Made by a program: the position numbers and the translations under genes
IMG/VR virus record: IMGVR_UViG_3300047443_000090
Coordinates: 23,260 to 87,259 of that record
Length of the DNA stretch: 64,000 nucleotides
Direction: 5' to 3' (one strand)
Origin: a virus
Notes under the pieces: generated by a model
Databases searched by the model: none
The model's input: the letters and a program-made list of their open reading frames with translations, nothing else
What the model was told of the DNA's origin: nothing
In this document: piece by piece, positions 47,246-54,496 of the stretch
Numbering within the stretch: position 1 is the stretch's first letter
Layout of the letters: the number at the start of each line of letters is the position of its first letter

Positions 47246-48877
47246 ATGTTCACCCCTCACACTCGCCAACTGGGCGCACAGCCCGGCGTGCAACTGAATC
47301 CGCTGCGCGATTCGACGGACGGCTTCGCTGGCGACAATAGCGACCAGATCGCCGCTGTTGTAGGCCGGTTCCGCCGTGGCCGTATCGACCGCGCTTTCCG
47401 CGTCAACCGCCAAAACCTGCGCACGAAGCTGGGCGTGCCTGAATCCCTGCGCGTGTCGGCGCTGAATGAAGCCTATGTACAGACCTATGAAGGTGTGAAC
47501 AACGGCATCTACGAGGCTGTGGTAGCGCGCCTCGTCACCTCTGCCTACACCAATGGCTACGCCGTTTTCAACATCGCCGGAACTGGCACGTCGTCGTTCT
47601 CGGTATCGCCTACCGTCCCAGCAGGCCCGTATCTGTTCTACCTGCAAATGCTCGACTGCTTCAATGATGGCTACCAGTTTGAGCTGTTGGCTGCAAAAGT
47701 TCTCGCGTCGGACGGCGTTACCTCGGCACCTGCAAAAGTCGTAACTCTGCGCGTGCGTGAGCCCGATGGCACGCTGATGCACGAATTCACTGGCTCGCTC
47801 GACTCGCTGGCTGTCGATGAATACGGCAAGGACTACTTTATCGGCACCGTCATCGCAAACCAGACCGACGCTGTGCAGATCACCGTTTTCAACGGCGCAA
47901 CCGTCCCGATTAACGCTGATTGCTATGGTCGCAATACGGATGGTTCGGACAAGGTTGCGGCAAGTGGCGCAAACCCGCTCGTACTGTTCACCGAAGGCGG
48001 CACTGGCTACATCGCTACCGACTACGACAGGGCAATCGCCCTGCTGGAAAACGGTTCGGTTGACTTCGGCTATATCTACAGCGGCGGTTCGCAAGCGGTA
48101 TCCCTGCTGTCGAAGCTGGCGCAGCTCGCGGTGCGCGCCAACCGCCAGTTTGCGTTCGACGTTCCCGGCAACCTGACGCCGACAGCGGCCATCACGTTCA
48201 TTGCTCAATTGAACCTCGATACCCATTATGCGCAAGCGTACTGGGCACCGCTGATTACCGATGATCCGGTCAACGGCGGCAAGGCTTATATCGGCACGGC
48301 GGCCTATAACGTTGGCCTGCGCTGCGCCCGCAACGCGCAGACCAATGCCTATGGCTTGCCCCCCAAAAACTTCCCGGTCGCGGGCAAGGAATGGCCGCTG
48401 AATCGTACCGGCGTCAAGCAAACCGGCGCACCAAACGACTATGAACTGAGCGATTTGGCTACCGCCAAGATCAACCCGGTTCTGTACCAGCGCTACAACG
48501 GCGGCGGCGGCAAGTACGTTTTCACCGACGTTCTGACCTGCGCCAAGGTTGCGACCTCGTATCGCAAACTAGTATCCGTGTCGGAAATGAGCGCGACCGT
48601 GGATGATATGGTTGCCAAGTTCGGGCGCGAGGTAATGCTGCTGCCGATTGATACCGCAATGAAGCGGCTCGACTCGTTCCTGAAATCGACTTTCGATGCC
48701 TGCCGTTCGTCTGACTGGCTGGTTGCATCCGATGATCCGGTGCTGGGCGAAAAGGGCTATACCTTCACGGTGGCCCGCAATAAGGTTCGCCCGGCTGACC
48801 GCATCGACGTTACCTACGGCACGCACTACGATGGCGTTGCTCGCGCAATCTACATCACGCAAACCCTGTCCAAATAA
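47246..48877 (+). CDS. tail sheath protein (P1 gp22-like)
   Basis: GRFRRGRIDRAF, LATAKINPV, YDGVARAI. Confidence 0.8.
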   Translation: MFTPHTRQLGAQPGVQLNPLRDSTDGFAGDNSDQIAAVVGRFRRGRIDRAFRVNRQNLRTKLGVPESLRVSALNEAYVQTYEGVNNGIYEAVVARLVTSAYTNGYAVFNIAGTGTSSFSVSPTVPAGPYLFYLQMLDCFNDGYQFELLAAKVLASDGVTSAPAKVVTLRVREPDGTLMHEFTGSLDSLAVDEYGKDYFIGTVIANQTDAVQITVFNGATVPINADCYGRNTDGSDKVAASGANPLVLFTEGGTGYIATDYDRAIALLENGSVDFGYIYSGGSQAVSLLSKLAQLAVRANRQFAFDVPGNLTPTAAITFIAQLNLDTHYAQAYWAPLITDDPVNGGKAYIGTAAYNVGLRCARNAQTNAYGLPPKNFPVAGKEWPLNRTGVKQTGAPNDYELSDLATAKINPVLYQRYNGGGGKYVFTDVLTCAKVATSYRKLVSVSEMSATVDDMVAKFGREVMLLPIDTAMKRLDSFLKSTFDACRSSDWLVASDDPVLGEKGYTFTVARNKVRPADRIDVTYGTHYDGVARAIYITQTLSK

Positions 48878-48891
48878 GAAGGAGATACCAA

Positions 48892-49620
48892 ATGTTTAAC
48901 AATCACCCCCTGCGCGAAGCCATGATCACGGCTGTCACCAAGCCAGCGGTAGCCGAAAAAAAAGGCGGCTCGCCTATTTTCGACAGCGCCAACGATGGCG
49001 AAATGGCGATGTCGGGCGCGGCCTCCTATGCCGCTGCCGATATGCGCCTGAAAGCTGCGGCAGTCGTGCAGCAATGGGCCGAAACTACCGCTGACGATAT
49101 GGGCGGCGGCGAAACGCTGTCGGATCGCCTGATCGCAATGGTTGTAGGCGTCGTTGATGCTGACAAGGATGGCGAAATCTCGGACGTGGAGCAGGAAGTG
49201 TGCGACATGCTGCTGAACGAGATTTACGACTACCTCGAAACCAAGGGCGTGTCGGAAAGCGACTGCGATGCGCTGCTGAACGACGGCGACGCCGAAGCTG
49301 GCGAGCGCGTGCATGATCTGATCGTGGCCGCCCTGCCCGATGGCGACGAAGCCGCCGCTGCCGAAATGGACGCCTTCGCGTTCGACAAGGAATCGGACAG
49401 CGCCGTATTCGATGCTGCCGTTCTCGATGCCGTCTACAAGAAGAAGGTCGTCATTCGCGCGGGCCATAAGGTTCGCATCAACAAGCGCGTTTCCGGCCAT
49501 GTGCGCCTGTCGGCAAAGCAAAAAATCTCGATCCGCAAAATGCTGCGCAAGTCGCACTCCGCAACTGCCACCATGCACCGCATGAAATCGACGCGCATTC
49601 GCCGTCAGGCTGGTCTGTAA
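48892..49620 (+). CDS. putative prohead core/scaffold protein
   Basis: Very acidic body with a highly basic C-terminus ending RRQAGL. Confidence 0.5.
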   Translation: MFNNHPLREAMITAVTKPAVAEKKGGSPIFDSANDGEMAMSGAASYAAADMRLKAAAVVQQWAETTADDMGGGETLSDRLIAMVVGVVDADKDGEISDVEQEVCDMLLNEIYDYLETKGVSESDCDALLNDGDAEAGERVHDLIVAALPDGDEAAAAEMDAFAFDKESDSAVFDAAVLDAVYKKKVVIRAGHKVRINKRVSGHVRLSAKQKISIRKMLRKSHSATATMHRMKSTRIRRQAGL

Positions 49621-49636
49621 CAAGCTATAGCGCCAT

Positions 49637-49667
49637 AAAAAGGGCCGGGTAAAACCGGCCCTTTTTT
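49637..49667. terminator. intrinsic terminator
   Basis: AAAAAGGGCCGG...CCGGCCCTTTTTT. Confidence 0.85.
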
Positions 49668-49671
49668 CTTT

Positions 49672-49712
49672 GGAAAACTCGCCCGGATGCTCCCTACTTT
49701 GGCACGCATACT
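49672..49712 (+). promoter_or_regulatory. putative late promoter
   Basis: GGAAAA-N29-CATACT. Confidence 0.7.
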
Positions 49713-49718
49713 CCGCGC

Positions 49719-50543
49719 ATGGCTACCGAAAACGAAATAACCTTCCTGTCGTCCCACTGGAAGGGATTATCAAAGCATCTGATTGCAGTCTTCTATCCGC
49801 TGAAAAGACTGCCGGATGGCTCTGGCTGGGAGCAAAGTTCGGGAACCCGCGAACTCAACGCCAAGGACAAGTACATAGTCGATGATGGGTTCGAGGTGCG
49901 CGCGCCAATATCGGACGGCAATCAGGAAATGACCCTGAACTGGAATAGCCCATTTGAAGGCACTGGCGCAGAAGCGAAGGCACCAGCCCTGACTGCGATG
50001 CTCCAGTCCGGCACTTTGAATGGGACGCTGACGGCGGCAGCGCAATGGATTGGACGCCAATTTGGGGCTGGCGACGTAGATGCCGCCGCAGCTACCGGCT
50101 TGCTGGGTCGTGCCACTGGCCGGACTGGTATCACAAAGTTAAATTCCACGCAGATTTTCTCTGGTATGCCGCCAATAAAGCTGACGATGACGCTTCATTT
50201 CCGGGCGTTGGAAGACCCGGTAAAAGAAGTGCGCAAGCCGATCATGCAGCTCAAGCAATGGGCCTTGCCGCAGCTCTTGTCTGCCGATGGGCTGATTTCC
50301 GGGGTAATCAAGGGCAATGAGGATGGCTATATCGAAAAGATATTCCCATCTATCTCGCCGCAAATCATTGGTATGCGCTATGGCGATATGACCTATGAGC
50401 CAATGGTTATAGAAAGCATATCCGAACCATTCACATTACCGCGCTCGAAAGATGGCGTCATTGTTGCGCAAAGCATCCAAATTACGCTTGCAACACTGAC
50501 CGCCCTTGATCGCCGCGACCTCGAAAAAATTTACATACGATGA
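49719..50543 (+). CDS. tail tube initiator-like baseplate protein
   Basis: LNWNSPFE, NSTQIFSGMPP, PMVIESIS; tube-fold pattern. Confidence 0.5.
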   Translation: MATENEITFLSSHWKGLSKHLIAVFYPLKRLPDGSGWEQSSGTRELNAKDKYIVDDGFEVRAPISDGNQEMTLNWNSPFEGTGAEAKAPALTAMLQSGTLNGTLTAAAQWIGRQFGAGDVDAAAATGLLGRATGRTGITKLNSTQIFSGMPPIKLTMTLHFRALEDPVKEVRKPIMQLKQWALPQLLSADGLISGVIKGNEDGYIEKIFPSISPQIIGMRYGDMTYEPMVIESISEPFTLPRSKDGVIVAQSIQITLATLTALDRRDLEKIYIR

Positions 50544-51298
50544 TTGCTATCTCCCCTCTCCGCACTCGCCGCCTTGATGTCCTGCTGCGCGAGCTTTCCA
50601 TTGGCGATGAAATCGCCCTTTGCCATCTGCCGGAAGGCGCGCACGAAAAAGCGATCACCGAATTCCTGGCCCGCGCCGTTGAGTCGGCCAGCGCGCCAAG
50701 CGAGCGCCACGTAACGAACCCGCGTGCATGGAGCGTAGGTGAGCGCCTCTTGGGCCTCGCCCACTACTGCGCCCATACGCGGGATGACAAGCCAGATTAT
50801 GCGGTAACGGAAAGCTCCAAGCTGTCCGACTACCTCGACATCGGCATGGATGCCCCGGCCACGCCATCGAAATTCGAGCTGCACGGCGACCGCTGGGTTC
50901 TGGCCCCTCTCACCGGGGCCGCACTGGAGGCGCTGGAGGCGATGCAAGCAGAGAGCCCGGATAGCGGGCGCGAGCACTGGATTGTCGGCGCAATGGCGGC
51001 GCAGCTCTTGCGCGAAGGCGAGGAAACGCCCGACCCGGTTGCCTACTTCAGCGACTACATGGATTGGCTGCGCTCGCGCATGGAAACCATGCGCGCCCTC
51101 CCCAGCTCGGCATTTGAATTGATGTACGCGCGGTACTACGCCGCAACCCAATCTGACACCCAATTCTTCCGCATCTGGTTTGACGAGCAAGGCGTAATTG
51201 TGCTGCCAAAGGAGGCCGGGGCAGCTACGCCACCGGCCCGATTTCTCGTTCTTTCCAGCCTCGGCACGGTTGCGCTTTCTCTTGCAGGAAAAGCATAG
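50540..51298 (+). CDS. putative tail assembly chaperone
   Basis: LRELSIGDEIAL, PRAWSVGER; followed by an overlapping short frame. Confidence 0.45.
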   Translation: MIAISPLRTRRLDVLLRELSIGDEIALCHLPEGAHEKAITEFLARAVESASAPSERHVTNPRAWSVGERLLGLAHYCAHTRDDKPDYAVTESSKLSDYLDIGMDAPATPSKFELHGDRWVLAPLTGAALEALEAMQAESPDSGREHWIVGAMAAQLLREGEETPDPVAYFSDYMDWLRSRMETMRALPSSAFELMYARYYAATQSDTQFFRIWFDEQGVIVLPKEAGAATPPARFLVLSSLGTVALSLAGKA

Positions 51299-51302
51299 CG
51301 AA

Positions 51303-51521
51303 GTGCTCGCCAGTTTGTTTCTAAACTTCGGTATTGATTACGAAAAGGCGCTGCGCATGCGGCGCTCCGATGTGCAGTCAATTTTCGAGAGCAAAGCGTT
51401 TTCCGAATGGAAGAAGAACCGCGAAGGCTCTCAAAAAATTGATATGGCAGTAATTGAGCGGCTCGATGTAGTCATTAAGGCTATCGGGAATTTAGGCAAG
51501 GCACTGAGACTGACGCGATAA
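51303..51521 (+). CDS. short ORF, possible frameshift extension of the upstream gene
   Basis: Protein-like frame (FESKAFSEWKKNRE) without a clear RBS. Confidence 0.5.
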   Translation: MLASLFLNFGIDYEKALRMRRSDVQSIFESKAFSEWKKNREGSQKIDMAVIERLDVVIKAIGNLGKALRLTR

Positions 51522-51543
51522 GCGACAGATTGGAGAATAAGAA

Positions 51544-51894
51544 ATGGCAGAACCAGTATCGACCCTCGCGGCAATCCTCGCATCGCTCGCCAAGTGGGTT
51601 TTGAGCCTCTTGCCGGGCGCAGCCGGGGCGGCAATATCGTTGAAGTTTTTGGGGGCCGAACTGAGCAAGTCGCAAAAGCTGACTTCATTCGCTGTCGGCT
51701 TCGCGTGCGCCATCTACATCGGCCCGGCAATCATCGAGCTATTCCCCAGTGCTAGTGGCCCGCGCGCCCAACCCGCAATTGAGTTCCTTGTTGGCCTGTT
51801 TGGTTTGGCGACTGCCCGTGAATTGTTCGCTGAAATCAACGACGCCGACATCATCGGCGCGATCAAACGCCGCTATTTCGGGGGCGAAAAATGA
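51544..51894 (+). CDS. holin
   Basis: About 3 TM segments, basic C-terminus, upstream of the endolysin. Confidence 0.7.
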   Translation: MAEPVSTLAAILASLAKWVLSLLPGAAGAAISLKFLGAELSKSQKLTSFAVGFACAIYIGPAIIELFPSASGPRAQPAIEFLVGLFGLATARELFAEINDADIIGAIKRRYFGGEK

Positions 51895-52031
51895 TTGCCA
51901 GGGCCATCTTATTCGCAATCGTGTGCGCTTGCGTTTGGGGCGTTCTCAATCCGCGCCTTGAAACAAGGACGCTTGGCACACTCGCCCTGTCCCTTATCGC
52001 CATGCTGGCCGTGGTATTCCTCCTATGCTAA
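51891..52031 (+). CDS. 46 aa two-TM lysis accessory (antiholin-like)
   Basis: ATGA-coupled to the holin; MIARAILFAIVCACVWGV... Confidence 0.55.
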   Translation: MIARAILFAIVCACVWGVLNPRLETRTLGTLALSLIAMLAVVFLLC

Positions 52032-52663
52032 TTCTTGCAGATCAACTCGTAGTCATCATGCCAGCCTCCGGGCCGGTATCGGCTGTATTCACGCCGCCGT
52101 TGAACGCGGCGATGCATGAATTCGACATCACGACGCAGCGCCGCGCTGAATTCTTCATGGCGCAAATCGCCGTTGAATCCGGCCAGCTCCGCTCGTTGCA
52201 GGAGAATCTGAATTACAGCTCCGAAGGGCTGATGAAAACGTGGCCGGGCCGGTTCCCCACCAAGGCCATTGCCGACGCCTACGCGCACCGCCCGCAGGCC
52301 ATCGCCAACAAGGTGTATGCCAACCGTGGCGGCAATGGCGACGAGGCCAGCGGCGACGGCTGGCGCTACCGTGGCGCGGGCCTGATCGGGCTGACGTTCC
52401 ACGACAACCAGAAGAAGTGCGCCGACTACTTCGGCATCGACGTGCGCGACGTGGGCGACTGGCTGCGCACGCCAGAAGGCGCTTGCCGTTCGGCGGCATG
52501 GTTCTGGCGCGAGCATGGTTGCAACGTGCTGGCCGATATGGGCGACTTCGACGGCGTTTCCGATGCGATCAACATCGGGCACCAGACCGCCGCAGAAGGC
52601 GACGCCATTGGCTACGCTGACCGGCTCGCCTTCCTCGCCGCCGCGCAGGAGGCCAACGTATGA
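52025..52663 (+). CDS. endolysin, glycoside hydrolase family 19
   Basis: FMAQIAVES...ENLNYS...GDGWRYRGAGLIGLT...SAAWFW. Confidence 0.9.
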   Translation: MLILADQLVVIMPASGPVSAVFTPPLNAAMHEFDITTQRRAEFFMAQIAVESGQLRSLQENLNYSSEGLMKTWPGRFPTKAIADAYAHRPQAIANKVYANRGGNGDEASGDGWRYRGAGLIGLTFHDNQKKCADYFGIDVRDVGDWLRTPEGACRSAAWFWREHGCNVLADMGDFDGVSDAINIGHQTAAEGDAIGYADRLAFLAAAQEANV

Positions 52664-53259
52664 AGCTGATTTTTTCGCTGATGACGCCCGGCGCATGGCT
52701 CGCGCTGCTGGCCGCCCTGCTGCTGTCTGTGGGCGCTGGCGGCGCAGTCGGCTATCAGGTTGCCTCCGGGCTGGCCGAAATCCGCGAGCTGAAGGTGCAG
52801 GGCGAAATTCAAAGCTGGAAATTGGCCTATGCCGCCGCGCAGGCCCACGAGACTGAAAAAGTAAACCGCTTGACCGAAGCCCGCCTCAAGGACGTGGCCG
52901 AAGTTGCAAGCAAACACAAAGAGGAAATGGACGATGCAAAAAACACTATCGACGCTCTGCGCGCTGACGTGCGCAATGGCGCTGTGCGGCTGTCAATCGC
53001 AACCCGCCCGCCAGCTCGTCCCAGTGGTAGTGCCGCAAGCGGCAATCCCTCCCCTGCCGATGGAGCTGGGGCGGAAACGCGAAGTGAACTTTCTCCCGAG
53101 GCTTCTGAATTTCTTATCGACTTCGCCGGGCGATGCGACGCAAACACCCGCCAACTGAATTCCGTAATCGACGCCTATAACTCCATTCGACAGCCTGTTA
53201 GTTCCGGCGCTGCCACGGTTGAAATGTCAACGCTTCAAGTGGAGAGTAGCCGTGATTAA
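52660..53259 (+). CDS. i-spanin (Rz-like)
   Basis: N-terminal TM, coiled coil, LRADVRNGAVRLSI. Confidence 0.8.
   Translation: MKLIFSLMTPGAWLALLAALLLSVGAGGAVGYQVASGLAEIRELKVQGEIQSWKLAYAAAQAHETEKVNRLTEARLKDVAEVASKHKEEMDDAKNTIDALRADVRNGAVRLSIATRPPARPSGSAASGNPSPADGAGAETRSELSPEASEFLIDFAGRCDANTRQLNSVIDAYNSIRQPVSSGAATVEMSTLQVESSRD
52934..53158 (+). CDS. embedded o-spanin (Rz1-like lipoprotein)
   Basis: Lipobox LCGC and Pro-rich IPPLP in the +1 frame inside Rz. Confidence 0.75.
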   Translation: MQKTLSTLCALTCAMALCGCQSQPARQLVPVVVPQAAIPPLPMELGRKREVNFLPRLLNFLSTSPGDATQTPAN

Positions 53260-53830
53260 GTCGGCTCAAAACGGTTCCGTAGCGTGCGCCGTATTCGGCG
53301 CTCCACTCGAAAACCGTTTTCGTTTGCCCGTCTATTTCAAGGAATCGGCTGGTCGATTTGTTCAGCGCTTGATCTGGCAAGGGAACCCATTTGCAATTTT
53401 CCTTGCAGTAGCCCTTGGCGTTGTCGTCACGCTCAATCGAGGCATTCTCGAATGGCCTTGGCAGCATATCAGCCGCGAAATTCTCGAACTTCATCCACCG
53501 CTCGCAGACCGAAATGCCTTTCGCTCCGTAGTCTTTATAGGAGCTGTGCTTTTTATTCGTGCATCGCTGGATCATGGTTTTCCAAGCGCTGTACTCCGCG
53601 CTGCTGGACTGGCCGTGCTTCGTATGCTGCGCGCGCGTTTTTTGTGGGACTGCACAACCGCAGCTTTTGCTGGCACCTCGAATAAGGCTGGGCGCAGCGA
53701 TGTCCTTTTGCCGCCCGCAGTCGCACCTGCAAAGCCACCTAGTGTGCTTATTCGGCACGGGGGGGCACATGGAAATAGCGGTCAACATGCCGAACTTTTG
53801 GCCCGTAAGATTCTTTGCTTTACCAGTCAT
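53198..53830 (-). CDS. HNH-type homing endonuclease
   Basis: LTGQKFG...WLCRCDCG...SCGC...YGAKGISVCERW...SIERDDNAKGYCKENCKW. Confidence 0.8.
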   Translation of the reverse strand: MTGKAKNLTGQKFGMLTAISMCPPVPNKHTRWLCRCDCGRQKDIAAPSLIRGASKSCGCAVPQKTRAQHTKHGQSSSAEYSAWKTMIQRCTNKKHSSYKDYGAKGISVCERWMKFENFAADMLPRPFENASIERDDNAKGYCKENCKWVPLPDQALNKSTSRFLEIDGQTKTVFEWSAEYGARYGTVLSRLNHGYSPLEALTFQPWQRRN

Positions 53831-53936
53831 TGAAAACAATTCTTGTAAGTGGAAACCTAATGATCTTATCTGAATGCAGCATCGTAGTAAAGAGCCACGA
53901 CGCCTACGAAGCCCTGAGACTGCGAGAGGTCGAGTA

Positions 53937-54128
53937 ATGGCGAACTACGAAGCAATCACGGCGGCCCGCCTCGCGCGCCGCAAGCTCGGCCCGCTGTATG
54001 CGTCCGGCCAGTGCCAAATGTGCGGGTATCGCGTGCCAGTAAAGGCGCTCTGGTGCTCGGGCGAGTGCGCCACCGAGTACGCCGATGAAACAAAGAAACT
54101 TGAACTATCGAAAGAGCAGCCTGAATGA
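53937..54128 (+). CDS. small Zn-ribbon protein
   Basis: CQMCG...WCSGEC; GAGG RBS. Confidence 0.6.
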   Translation: MANYEAITAARLARRKLGPLYASGQCQMCGYRVPVKALWCSGECATEYADETKKLELSKEQPE

Positions 54129-54496
54129 GCACTATTGATTGGAAACGCGGCGACAGCTTCCTCGTTGAAGAACTGGGAATGCTGAAGCCTGACCCTGACG
54201 GCACCCTCAAGATGATCGTCAACGGCGAGGAAGTGCCCGCCTCCGCGCTTGATATGACCGGCTGGGCCGTCGCGTCGCAGATTCGCCGCAAGGATAGCGA
54301 CGAGCTGGTGTGCGACTTGGAATTCGCGTGGGTCAATCAGGTTCAAGGCAGCTACCGCCTTCAGGCAAAGGACACGTCGGCATGGCCGCTGGCGATGCTG
54401 TCATGGGACGTGCAATTCACGAACCCGGACGGCTTTATCTCGTCGTCCGAAACCATGTTCATTCGCTGCAAAAAAGATCAAACGAGGGCCGCATGA
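54125..54496 (+). CDS. fibre adaptor (BppU-like)
   Basis: KRGDSF...DMTGWAVASQIR...WDVQFT; coupled to the long fibre gene. Confidence 0.65.
   Translation: MSTIDWKRGDSFLVEELGMLKPDPDGTLKMIVNGEEVPASALDMTGWAVASQIRRKDSDELVCDLEFAWVNQVQGSYRLQAKDTSAWPLAMLSWDVQFTNPDGFISSSETMFIRCKKDQTRAA

Noticed and set aside
53851-53891. GGAAAC as a tenth late promoter
   Set aside because: The box is mismatched and there is no xAxxxT at the 29 nt spacing.
54310-54492. Upstream extension of the long fibre ORF
   Set aside because: It overlaps the adaptor gene; the ATGA-coupled start at 54493 with GAGG is more plausible.
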